Notes: a model not told the origin generated them from the letters alone. A stretch of DNA of 64,000 bases from Eledone cirrhosa (GCA_964016885.1 OZ024741.1:66588001-66652000); one strand, 5' to 3'. Shown: positions 47,227 to 60,140, counted from the first letter of the stretch. Numbers and translations are program-made.

Positions 47227-48950
47227 AACCAAAATAATGGTGAACGTTTCTAGAAGAAAAATTGTTTATTTTAAAAAAATCATGTATTAAAATGAAATTA
47301 ATATTTAAAGTATCCAACTGAAAAAAGTCTTTTCTTTGTATTTTTTTTGTTTTTTTTCAAGAATCACAAATTCTTATCTGCAATCAAATATTTGCAAGTA
47401 CTTCTCTTAAGAAATAGCTTCTTAAGAATGTCTAACTGAACAATACAAATTATTTTTGCCATTTTGTAGTAGTTTCCCTTCTTTCATACACAAATACTCG
47501 ATGAAATGATTACAGAAGCCTTGACTACTTTTATATTCAAGTGGTGTAATCGACTGTTATGTCTCTTAGTACAAATACTTGTTTAGTGCGGATTGTTTTT
47601 CGTAACAAATGCTGCAAGTGTTTTTGTTAATTAAAGAACGTCGCATCTATAAATGGTTTAAAGCTGTTTGTGATTTCTCTGATTATTTGGAAGAAAAAAA
47701 AGTGGCTCTCTCATCCAATAAAAATCACAAGAAAATTGACGTTAAATAACAATTGGAGCATCTATGTCATTGTTCGACCTTCTAGAAATAGTAAACAATT
47801 TTTCCTCAAACTGCAACTTACCATCTTTAAAATGGAAAGATTTATGGAATAATTTGATGCGAGATAAATTGTTTGAGAATGAACATGTGGTATTATGGCT
47901 GCAATAATGTATTATAAGTCAGCTCGATCATAGATGTCATAGGATTATACACAAGCAATCACTTCTGGTATTTATCTTAGCACCAATGAAATAGAATAAA
48001 ATTTCCCTCAGTAGAAATTTGAGAACTACGAACATAAAGGTGGCATAACTATATACTGGAAGACTTGTAATCCGACGTTCTAGCACTTCTGTTAGAGCAA
48101 AGCTATACATTTCAGCTATAAAATAAAATAAGTACTGATCGATTAAATGAAGGTCGTGCCACAGCATGGTCGCAGTACAAGTAGAAAAATATAAGCAAAG
48201 AAAATTATTCCAACGTTGTGTTTTTTTTATCATAAGTCAACTTCGATAGGGCAAACCTATGACCAAAGGCATTTTTGCCGTGATAACTCAGTATTACTTT
48301 CTGATTACATTATACAGTGCCTTTCCTTCTTTAAGGCTCTAGAGTGTGATTTAAAAAAAAATTTGGCTGCCATGTTTTGACAGGTTAAGCAACTACGTAA
48401 AATTCCGCCATTGGCTCAATATGTTCTCTCTTTCTTTTTGCTCTTTAGTAAAACGCATAACGATTCAAATCGTTTAGTCTCTGACCGTCATCATATTCCA
48501 GTTATGAACACATGAAACATTATGACACTTAGGGTCCTAAACCTTTCAGCCACTATGTCATACACAAGAAATACCCTAAATTCATTTGTTTTTCAGAAAT
48601 TCCTCCTCCTTTCTTTCCCTCAAACCAAATTCTCCTCCTACCTCCATTACATAATAGACACTCTCAATATCTACATGACATATTGGCATTAGATAACCGT
48701 GCTAGATAGTAAACTACATAGATGCTCGCACTAAATAGTCACACTAAAGAAGCGCACTAGACACCAGAAATCGATATCATATCTAGGGATGCACCTAGAT
48801 GTCAATTGGCCAATTGCCGATACTGATTAATTGGCCTGGCTTTATCGGTCAATTAATCAATTAATCGACTATCGATTATCTTTAATGTAATTTATGTATT
48901 GTGATATAAAAATGTGTATTATAATGATTTGCTTCGGAATCGTCTAAATA

Positions 48951-49164
48951 TATTACCAGCCGGGGATTTTTTAGAAATACATAGGGACGCTCAACAACAT
49001 CAATACAAATTCCCGAAAGACAACAGAATAAGGACGATTTTACCACGAATACACCACCGTAAATAAAGTAGGAAAAGCAATCACTTAACCCACAATTCGG
49101 AAAATATACCGATTGGAAAAACGAATGTATCTCTAAAAAAAAAAAATCCCCAGCTGGTAAAATA
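48951..49164. mobile_element. MITE-like element with ~32-bp inverted repeats
   Basis: TATTACCAGCCGGGGATTTTTTAGAAATACAT versus ATGTATCTCTAAAA..ATCCCCAGCTGGTAAAATA. Confidence 0.6.
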
Positions 49165-49181
49165 ATTGGACGATCCCGAAG

Positions 49182-49265
49182 CAAATCATACCTATGGTAT
49201 AATCCTCCACAAATCATACCTATGGTATAGTCCTCCACAAATCATACCTATGGTATAATCCTCCA
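49182..49265. repeat. 28-bp tandem repeat, 3 copies
   Basis: CAAATCATACCTATGGTATAATCCTCCA x3. Confidence 0.92.
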
Positions 49266-50225
49266 ATCCTCCGTTTCAACTGCCAGTTCCATCCTGGAAC
49301 CTCAAGAGCCGTTGGAATGATAGAGACGGCTGTATTAACTGTGAATGTATTTATATATATAAATACCCATCTATATTTCTATCCCATTTTTGCTTCCTTG
49401 TTTCAACGGACTACTTTTGTGGCCTTTTCCTGTCGCCGCCGTCACCGTGGTGGGATCATCACTGGTGTTGTTGTTATTGTTATTGGTGTTACCACTGTCT
49501 GGCTCCCGAGTAATGGGTGCTCTCTGCTTGATACTAATATAAATGATACCACCACTACTACGACGAACGGGGTAGGTGATGGGCGGTGTTAATGTTTGTT
49601 GCCGTTACTATTGTTGTTGTTGCTATATATGGTCATGGTGATTGATGCCACCAACTTTGTGTACCCACCTACCTGAGAACTCCTTTTTATTGCTTTGGCG
49701 TTATTGTTGTTATTGCAGTCACTACGACTGCTACGTCCTGTGTACACGACGCTTGTCTGTGTTTTTGCTGTTGTTATCGTTGTTGCTGTTGTTGTTGTAA
49801 CTGTTTACTGTAACTGTTGCTTTCGTTATTGTTGTCAGTAGGGTAGTAATATCACTACGACTGTTGCGGCCAGTGTGGACGATATTGGTCGGCGGTTTGC
49901 TGTTATTGTCGTTATTGTTGTTGTCGTTGTTGTTGTTGTAGTTGTTGTTGTAGTTGTGTTGTAGTTGTTGTTGTCTATAGGTGGTTGTCAACAAAATATA
50001 TACCCCACCCTCCCTCAGAGCTCCATTTATTGCTTCCACTGTCTACTGGGCTTTGGCTACACACAGTTTTTCGTTTGTGTTTCGTTTTTTTCGTTGATAG
50101 CTTTTTCTAGCAAACATGACAGCAGGCAAACCCTTCAAGGAACTCATATGTCTGCTGGGCACACAAGCAATAGGACGTGTCTTTTTTTCTGCCAGCGACA
50201 TACACGTATCAAACATATCGGTTAC

Positions 50226-50313
50226 TCATCTGAGGATACCGTTCTCATAATCAACAGCAGATGCCTGAAGGACATCTCGATTGCATGGAGAACCGTGGAA
50301 ATAATTAGAATGA
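50226..50313 (+). ncRNA. Hammerhead-like motif with extended stem II
   Basis: TCAT-CTGAGGA-T-ACCGTTCTC...GAGAACCGT-G-GAAA-TAATTA-GAATGA. Stem II pairs 8/9; stem III is degenerate. Confidence 0.5.
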
Positions 50314-50362
50314 TTAAACGATATATGTAACCTCAGCATCTTATTTTGTTATATATATATAT

Positions 50363-50521
50363 ATATGAATGTATATATAGTGTATTTTGCAATACACTGT
50401 ATGCTTAACTAAAAGCATTTTGAAGATCTTACGCTACTTTAAAACAATAGCGTAAGGTCTTCAAAATGCTTTTAATTAAGCATACAGTGTATTGCAAAAT
50501 ACACTATATATACATTCATAT
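50363..50521. repeat. 74-bp-arm hairpin between (TA)n tracts
   Basis: Arms 50363-50436 and 50448-50521, two mismatches, short unpaired 3' tail. Confidence 0.95.
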
Positions 50522-50542
50522 TTCAGAGCACCAATTCTATTC

Positions 50543-51200
<658 letters not shown>

Positions 51201-52145
51201 ACTTCTGCATGAACCCAGCCACCTAGCTACTTTCTACTGCATATTGCACATTGAGCACATGCCTTTACGCTTTGGCTTCTAACTAACTCACCAATCTCTC
51301 CTCTCATATCTCCTCTACTATCTCCATCTCTCTCTTTAAGATTGGTTACTCTTGAACTGTGTATATATATATATATATATTATGATACTCACGTGCACAG
51401 ACATATATGCACAAACATATATGTCTGTGTATGCATGTATGTATGTTAATGTGTGTACAACAAGCACAGTAAGAATCCAATAACTTTAGGAAACTGTAAG
51501 CACACAACATTTTAAAAACAATTATCACTAGATATTTCATGTGTTGAAAATACTGACAATAACAACAAAGAATGTAAAAGAGAGCAACAATAACACTTAC
51601 ACACTTACAAAGAACGTCAAACACTCAGGCACACATAATCACAACGCATAATCTCTGAGACTAACTAAAAAAAAAATGAAACACGTTAACAAGAAAACGA
51701 ACTATAATGAAACTCAAAAATTGTTTTTATACTTTTACATAAAGAGACGCAATGAAGATATCTTTCATATTTTATCGTTTCTTTCGCTTCGTTTCCTATT
51801 TTTGTTTCGTTCAGCTTAATCAATGAATAAAAAAAAAACTAAATGAAACACTTAAAAGAGAAAAAATAAAGAGTAGAAAGGAAAAAATTGCAAAAGCAAA
51901 ATGGCCGATAATTTTACGTCTGCTGTTGTGAATACATGTGAAATATAAACGTTTGTAGATAGTCTTAGTTATCTTCGTGCAAAAGACTATATGTTTTCTT
52001 TTGTATTTTTCACTGAATATTTCCATTTACAGTTATTATAATATATATGACATCTATTGAACTTTTAAGATCAGTTAAAACTTCGCTTTTGTTCTACTTA
52101 CACTTCGGTCGGTTGCTTGCATTTTAAAAATGATTTTCAATCATT

Positions 52146-52194
<49 letters not shown>

Positions 52195-52210
52195 AACAAC
52201 AACAACAACA

Positions 52211-52297
<87 letters not shown>

Positions 52298-52336
52298 ACT
52301 ACTACTAGTATTACCATGCCGCTGCTGCTGCTGCTG

Positions 52337-52390
<54 letters not shown>
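52146..52390. repeat. Compound (TAC)n/(AAC)n/(TGC)n microsatellite
   Basis: Seen directly. Confidence 0.95.
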
Positions 52391-52394
52391 AAGA

Positions 52395-54135
52395 TGTGCA
52401 TTGACCACCTGGCATGGAAAGGAGTGATTGGAGGGAACAGCGATCCCAATTTATTTACGAATGGAGAGACTTCTGTTCTAGCAATGGATTCTCTATTATG
52501 AACACCTTCTTTCAGCGTAGAGACATCCATAAATATACATGGTGGAAGGCGAATCAGGGACAGAGATCAATAATTGATTTCCTTATACCCTCTGATCTCT
52601 TCCATTCTGTGCTGGTGTCTGTGTTAAGAGATGGGCCGAGCTGTGAACTGATCACCATTTAGTTATCTGTAACTTGAGACTATCTAAAGCCAAAGTAGCC
52701 CACATAACTAGAAGGTCTAGGTCGACCTACAGGATAAAATGGGAAGCGTTGTTAAAAGATTTAAATAGAGAAACTATTCTCTGGTTGACTCATCTGTGCC
52801 GGGTGGCCTGGATCTCTTGAAAGGAATCTAAGCAATGGCTGGCGGGAGTGATAATCTCAATTTTCGAAAAGGGAAACAAAAGAGATTGCTCCAATTATAG
52901 AGGGATCTCCTTGTTAAGCCTTCCCGGCAAAGTCTATGTTAAGTGTCTGGCAAAGAGATATAGGGAGATTATCGAATCCAAGCAAGCTGATGAACAGTAT
53001 GATATTCACTGTGAACGATAAAGCTGAGACCGTTTTATTCTGGTTTCGGAAAAAGACTGAAGCAGTGCTGAGCAAATCCGTATTTTAAGAAGATTATTAA
53101 AGGACTTCTACCAGAAACAACTTGATTCGATAGACAGAAGTAAGATGTGGACTGCATTACTATGGAGTACGAAATAAAATCATATAACCGATATTGTGTA
53201 TCTACGACGGTAGTGAATGCAGAGTCAAACTTGAATTCTTTAAAATCAGAGTCTAATTGAATTCTTTAAAATCAAAACAGGAGTGCTCCAGGGAGTCACA
53301 TTGGCTCCTCTTCTTTTCATCGTTGTACTGAATTACGTCCTGGAAAACCCAGAGTACGGTGTGTAGACACATATGGATTACACTCCTGAACTTGGATTTT
53401 GCAGATGATATAGCTCAGTTGCTCTCATCTGAAGAGGAAGCTCTCCAACAACTTCACAGAACATAAACGAAGGCCCAGCGACTTGGACTTAACATAAACT
53501 ATACCAAAACAAAGTCATAGGCCTTAACACCAACATAAATGACATTCAAATCCCTAATAACCAGATCATTGAAGCCGTTGAAGACTTTAAATATTTTAGC
53601 TCCAGAATCAGTTCTTCATTTGATGAATTCAAACAACGGTGTGCCATAGTCTTTGACAAATTCTGGCAACTTCAAAACAAATAGAAGCCATCCAGCATTA
53701 CACTAGATCTAAAACTACAACTTTCCCTTCTTCATCCTGCCTGTATTGTTTTATAAAGCCGAGTCACGGTGAGTCATCAAACGCATGGCATATATGCTGA
53801 ACTCTTTTGGTACCACCTGCTACCGGCACATTCTTGGTGTTAAACGAACTGACTAAATAAAAAGTGAAGATACTTTACAAATAGTCAACAAACAGTCACT
53901 GATAAAGAATCAATACACATGACAGCTAACAACTTTAGGACATTGGCTAAGAACAAACAACAGTCCAGTATCACAACTTGCTCTCTATCATCCAAAGAAT
54001 AACAAGGACAGGCGAGGCCGCCAAAGAAAAGTGACATCAAACATATAGAGGATCTTACGAACAACAAAGATGAACTCAGAGCACTCGTTTTCAACCGGGA
54101 AGAGTGGAAAAGTACAGTCTGGCTGTATGACACAC
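52395..54135 (+). mobile_element. Degenerate RTE-type LINE (APE endonuclease end + RT), possibly two juxtaposed fragments
   Basis: Motifs NGFSIMNTFFQRRDIHKYTW..QRSIIDF, DCSNYRGISLLSLPGKVY, GVLQGVTLAPLLFIVVLNYVL, LDFADDIA, LGLNINYTKTK, VEDFKY. Many stops and frameshifts. Confidence 0.88.
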
Positions 54136-54145
54136 ATAACACCTG

Positions 54146-54222
<77 letters not shown>

Positions 54223-54230
<8 letters not shown>

Positions 54231-54375
54231 TAAAATAACAGATTAAAGTTTAAGCAAAGAATCGCTGCTTTCACTCTTAACGGGATCTTCTGAAACTTGA
54301 TGTCAGAAGATCCCGTTAAGAGTGAAAGCAGCGATTCTTTGCTTAAACTTTAATCTGTTATTTTTTAATAAATAT
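54223..54375. repeat. ~71-bp-arm hairpin between (TA)n tracts, with ~85-bp 3' tail
   Basis: Arms 54223-54293 and 54303-54375, near perfect. Confidence 0.95.
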
Positions 54376-54458
54376 TTGCTCTACGGTTCTTATATATCTG
54401 ATATATATTTATCCTTATCGAGCCCTCTTTGGATTTTAGTCTTCAAATTTATTATTAT

Positions 54459-54512
<54 letters not shown>

Positions 54513-54578
54513 GGAATAGAATGAAACGAAATTTCATTTCTCACTCTTAGTACGGCACTTACTTAAATGTAAGTATGT

Positions 54579-54872
54579 ATGTATACGTACATACATATAT
54601 GTACACAGACGTACAGTAGTATGTATATATATATACATACATGCACACATATATATATGCACGTATCGGTTTACCAAACATTTATTATAATGCTCGGTTT
54701 GTTTGTTTGTAAACAAACAAACAGCCCGAATTACGCCGTACAGTGTTTACAAACAAACAAACCGAGCATTATAATAAATGTTCGGTAAACCGATACGTGC
54801 ATATATATATGTGTGCATGTATGTATATATATACATACTACTGTACGTCTGTATACATATATGTATGTACGT

Positions 54873-54878
<6 letters not shown>
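54579..54878. repeat. ~135-bp-arm inverted repeat
   Basis: Arms 54579-54715 and 54744-54878. 54731-54812 recurs inverted at ~55103-55173. Confidence 0.92.
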
Positions 54879-54954
<76 letters not shown>

Positions 54955-55043
54955 TAGGGTAAATATTGATGCAATTTAATTCAAGCACTCAACGTACTTT
55001 TTCCACATAGGAGTGACGGAGTAAATATCGAATAAGGAATATC

Positions 55044-55111
<68 letters not shown>

Positions 55112-55170
55112 GTATCGGTTTACCGAACATTTATTATAATGCTCGGTTTGTTTGTAAACACTGTACGGCG

Positions 55171-56017
55171 TAATACATTATAAAGAAAGAAGAAACATTA
55201 GACATAAATAAAAAAATAAAATATATATACCCAATATTCTTCGACATCCTCGACTGCGCAGTTTCGTGGCCACTATGCAAAAACATTACATCATAGAGAT
55301 GCAGTATTTTTGTGAGGTTTGCCAACTTATCAAGAGAATACCTCATTTAAATTTCAAAACACGCCCGCAAGGCGTGAGAGAGAATCCCGGAAATTCGCAT
55401 GTATCTGTGTATTTCTTTTTATTGTCTATAACTCCCTACGGTAGAGTAACCACAGAAGTATAGTGACTGCTGTCAAGCTTACACTATTTACACTTCTAGC
55501 CCTCCTTAGCCTCCTCGTCCGTGGCCTAGATATTAATACCCCCTCCGCCATTTGTGGCATTTTTCTCTTGGTTGTAAGAGGTTTAACTCTGTTTCTTGAC
55601 CGCTGTATCACGTGATAAGTTCCCCCTCCGACTTTCCGGGATTCTCTCTCACACCTGCAGACGTGTTTTGAAATTTAAATGAGGTATTCTCTTGATAAGT
55701 TGGCAATCCTCACAAAAATACTGCATCTCTATGATGTAATGTTTTTGCACAGTAGCCACGAAACTGCGCAGTCGAGGATGTCGAAGAATATTGGGTATAT
55801 ATATATTTTTTTATTTATGTCTAATGTTTCTTCTTTTCTTTATAATGTATTATATAGCTCTGATATTGAGTCAATCTAATTCATTCAGATTATTTTGTCC
55901 CTATTAATCATAGAGCAACAACGCTTAAGGTTGGCACCACACAAATTCAGGGATATATGTGTGTATATGCATGTATATGTATGTATTCGCATGTATCTGT
56001 GTATTTCTTTTTATTGT
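55171..56017 (+). mobile_element. Non-coding hammerhead-bearing unit with inverted copy and terminal redundancy
   Basis: IR arms 55171-55397 and 55629-55852 (~225 bp). 33-bp direct repeat at 55393-55425 and 55985-56017. Ends in (TA)n. Confidence 0.75.
55689..55776 (+). ncRNA. Hammerhead motif with extended stem II (mirror copy on minus strand ~55248-55336)
   Basis: CTC-TTGATAA-GTTGGC...GCCAC-GAAAC-TGCGCA-GTC-GAG. Palindromic stem III and GUC site; core has two substitutions from CUGAUGA. Confidence 0.65.
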
Positions 56018-56124
56018 ATATATATATATATATATATCTACAAAGGAAGTATAGCGGAAACACGGTGAGTAAAATTTAGAATCGAAATAGAAATAGAAGG
56101 TTCGCCGTAACATTTTGTATTAAA

Positions 56125-56316
56125 TAATTGTTTCTACTTTTGGCACAAGGCCAGCAATTACCCAGTGCATTACTGGTACTTTATTTTATCGACCCCGTAA
56201 GGATGAAAGGCAAAGTTAACCTAGGCGGGATTTGAACTCAGAATGGCAAGGGCCGTAACTCTATGCATAAAAGCATGGCATCCAACCCTCTACCGATACT
56301 GCCAATTCACCGCCCT
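56125..56316 (-). mobile_element. SINE family A, full length with TSD
   Basis: 15-bp TSD TTTGTATTAAATAAT at 56114-56128 and 56318-56332. Confidence 0.93.
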
Positions 56317-56427
56317 ATTTGTATTAAATAATATAGTCTAATAATGGACCGTATAGTACAAAATGCATGTATATATATATATATAAGTGCATTTAATGCA
56401 CGTGAGTGAAACCTTTTCCATTCTTAA

Positions 56428-56543
<116 letters not shown>

Positions 56544-56740
56544 GAATATCGTGCGTAATTCTTTAATCCTTTAGCTGGAATATACAAAAATGGATATAAA
56601 ATATAAAAATGTAAGTCCTCTGAATCAAAGAACCGTCAAGCAATCTAATGACTCAGTTTACAAAAGGGATTCCTCAATTTTATTAAATATATATATAAAT
56701 ATATATATATACATATAGATACATACATATATATATGTAT

Positions 56741-56791
<51 letters not shown>

Positions 56792-56806
56792 GACACATAT
56801 ATATAT

Positions 56807-56891
<85 letters not shown>

Positions 56892-56912
56892 TGGAGGTGT
56901 ATTTGGGTGTGG

Positions 56913-56960
<48 letters not shown>

Positions 56961-56980
56961 ATACATATATATATATACAT

Positions 56981-57021
<41 letters not shown>

Positions 57022-57476
57022 TGTGTGTGTGTGTGTCTGTATGTGTGTATATATTTTTGTATGTGTGTGAGTGTGCTAATGTAATCTTCTTATGCAGAGT
57101 AGACTTCTGCTGTTCTAAAGCTATATGAAGAAAATATATATTTTGCTTTGCTTTTAGATTGATATAGTTTTGAGTAGGCGTGCGCTGTTTTAATACATTA
57201 CTTTTATTGTTTTTTGTTTCTCTGCGTTATATATATGTTTTTTATAATGGAGTTGCGTTATGATTTTTAGTACTTCTCTAATATTTCGATATACAATTAT
57301 ATTTTTTAGAAAATGTTTACACTCTATTTAAAAAAAGAATTGATTTATAGAAATATACATTTTAATGTTTAATTTCAATTCCACAAACACACACACATAC
57401 ATAAGAAATCACAAACAATGAGCTCAGTCTCTCTTTTTCTCTATCTATCGTCATCTGTTTCTCTCTTTCTCTCCAG

Positions 57477-57486
57477 ACTGGCTATG
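57477..57486 (+). other. Candidate 10-nt microexon
   Basis: ~45-nt pyrimidine tract ...ctttctctccag|ACTGGCTATG|gtaagt. Confidence 0.35.
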
Positions 57487-57823
57487 GTAAGTGCCCAAAC
57501 ATAAAATGATAAGTTCCCATCAAACTAAGAACTCAGCATTTAAAAACAGTTCATTTACGCAGCTAATATCTTTGCTAACCTTTTATGGACTCCAGCTTAC
57601 CCATATATCATTTGAAATATAAAAAAACAACAACAAAACAAAACAAAACAATAAAAGTTATGAAAATAAATTATCGGAGTGTTAAGTAGATAGAAATTCT
57701 TAGAAAATGTGGAAATCTCAGACGCAAAGGTAACTGTAACGATAGTTGATTGTTATAAATAATAAATTAGAAAATCGGATAAAATACAGTCGCAGACGGA
57801 ATAAAAAGAAAAAGACGCCTACC

Positions 57824-57897
57824 AGTCGCTGCGCAGAATCGAACTTCGCATCTCTCAACTTTCGATTGAGCGCCCTCTACCGCTGAGATAAACAATA
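57824..57897 (-). pseudogene. Degenerate tRNA-like sequence (GAA in anticodon position)
   Basis: TATCTCAGCGGTAGAG D-arm, CTCAA-tcGAAag-TTGAG anticodon arm, GTTCGATT T-loop. Acceptor and T stems pair poorly. Confidence 0.45.
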
Positions 57898-57993
57898 CCT
57901 GCCAACAACTTTCCTCTAAATAAAAACTAAATGATCAGATTTGAACATAAACATTTCGAAAATAAACTATCGGAACATCTAGTACATTGAAAC

Positions 57994-58948
57994 TCATCAG
58001 CAAGTCATCAAGAGAACACTGGATATATTTTGCTATTTTTAAAGGCTTGTTGGAGAAGTATCTATATAGCCTTTTAGTAACTTGTTAAGTATGAATATAT
58101 ATTTTGTATTAGAAAATGAAGAAATTTTAAACACAGAAAATAACTGTAACTACAGTCGTTTACTATAAATAACAACTCAGAAAATCGGGGGAAAAATACT
58201 CCAATAGAGGGAGAAAAATGGCCAGTATCCGCTACAAAGAATAAAATTCCGTACGGTGTTTGATTTGTGGCTGTGGCTGTTGACCACTCTTTACCCGATT
58301 TGCCGAGTTACTATTTATAGCTAGAGTGGAACTCCATTTACATGTAGCTTAACGTTACTCGATAGAGTGTGTAGCTCGGAGATCAGAGATTCACTCCAGG
58401 TAGAGCCACTACTTCTCCGAATTGAGAGATTACAGCTCCGATACTATGGGCATGTGATTAGAATGTCTCAGGAAAGAATCGCTGGACAGATTCTCGAGCC
58501 AAACCAACTGGCAGAAGATCCAGGAGCAGACCCCAAGCAAGATGGCTGGACACATCCATAAGCTTGGCTGGTCTCGCTTGGGAAATCAGTTGGAGACTGT
58601 TGTTTCTGACAGGACCTGCAGGAAGGAGTTTGAGGAATCTGCCTCCACGACCCTCTCAGGAATAAGTGGGCGAAGAATACGACGACGAAGACGACGACGA
58701 CGACGACGAAGACGACGACGAAGACGACGACGACGACGACGACGAAGAAGAAGAAGAAGAAGAAATCAACTGTAGTTACATTTATTTTCTGTGTTTGAGA
58801 TTTCTACATTTTCTAATACAAAATATATTTTCATAGTATTCATTCACACATACTTAACAAATTATTAAAAGGCTATATTGATACTTTTCTAACGAGCCTT
58901 TAAAAAAGGTAAAGTGTGTCCTATGTTTTCTTGATGACTTGCTGATGA
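57994..58948. repeat. Diverged ~165-180-bp inverted repeat pair
   Basis: 57994-58157 versus the reverse complement of 58768-58948. A related direct copy lies at ~57700-57790. Confidence 0.8.
58345..58764 (+). mobile_element. RTE-type LINE 3' end with (GAC/GAA)n tail
   Basis: SSEIRDSLQVEPLLLRIERLQLRYYGHVIRMSQERIA, then a trinucleotide tail. Confidence 0.85.
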
Positions 58949-59419
58949 AAATATAAGTTGTTGATTAAATTTTTATTTCTTTTACTGTTCAATGGTTTAA
59001 TAATTAAATAGGCTTTCTTTCAGAAACATAATTCTCTAATTATCATGCGAATTGCGTTCTATACAAATTTAATTCTTCAAAGTAATCTATACCGGGAAAG
59101 TCAGTATTAAATATTCAAACATATTTACCACGTTAGTTAGAAATTCGCTCTCTAACATTTCGGGAAATTAGAGAAAAGCAACACCTCGTTGATTAGACTT
59201 CAAAAGAATAAAACGACGAGGCGTCTCCGACGTTATTTCCCATTAATATCAATAAAATTTTATATCAGTAATTCATTAACATAATTTTTATTCTACCACT
59301 TATTGGAATATATTTTAGCCTTTTCATAGTTTAATGATTAAATATGCTTTCATCTATGTTACTATATTGGCATAGGTGTGTGGTTAAGAGTTTTGGTTTT
59401 GCAACCACGTGTTCCGATT

Positions 59420-60140
59420 TTAGGAAAATGTCTAATACATCGTGCAGGCCAGTCTTACTGCCGATTATGCAATATGGAGCTATTTTACATACTAAAATCG
59501 AATTATACTCTTCTCAACAACAGAACGGAAAGGACTCTATATTGCAATCACAGACTCAAGGCTACGTTCTCGAAATACAAACCTGGCTTGATTTGATCCT
59601 GCGACTTCTGCTTTCCTCTATCTTCCTTCTACCTCCTCTATCTGTCCCCATGGATTATTGCTATGCCTTCTATTGACCACATCCCCCCTATTCAACATCT
59701 CCCCCTACATACTTTACAAGTCACTCGGCCTAATCTCCCCTGCCTCCATCTATCATAGATCATAAACCTATCAACGTCTACCATCTCCCTAGCACACACA
59801 CAGTTGGACTAGTCCATATCTAGACTTCATTATCGTATTTTATCCTCCCCTCTGTTTTACCTCAACAACCATGAAAAACACCCCAATCTCTCTCGTCTTT
59901 GTCACATCCTCCTTCTTCTCTACTTCAACTTCACATGAATTCCTATAAAAACCTGAACATTCTGGTGCGGTAAACATAATCTCTGATGATATGGAATTGA
60001 TTGTGCATTGGATGTCAAATGCTCTACTAACTATATAATATTATAGATGCAGCGAGATCTAGGCAAATTGATGTCTATTGAAACGTACGTTAGAACCGAA
60101 TAAATCTCTTTTACTGCATCTTTCTGTTCTTTTTGATTCT
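59420..60140 (+). mobile_element. Penelope-like 3' fragment (GIY-YIG C-terminus + 3' UTR + hammerhead)
   Basis: YCRLCNMELFYILKSNYTLLNNRTERTLYCNHR matches the CxLC..EK..IL....LLNKR.E....CRH terminus of a PLE clade. Ends at (TA)n. Confidence 0.75.
59980..60094 (+). ncRNA. Type I hammerhead motif with 90-nt stem II domain
   Basis: TCT-CTGATGA-TATGGA...TCTATT-GAAAC-GTAC-GTT-AGA. Confidence 0.7.

Noticed and set aside
48784-48880. TAGGGATG hAT-like end with ATCG/AATT subterminal repeats
   Set aside because: No matching second terminus or TSD found.
51595-51670. Minus-strand segment between an acceptor-like site and GTAAGT
   Set aside because: Stops in all three frames; it could only be non-coding and has no other support.
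54303-54337. Possible hammerhead CAGAAGA-TCCC..GAGT-GAAA inside the hairpin
   Set aside because: Core mutated, stem II mostly unpaired and no clear stem I, so it was not counted.
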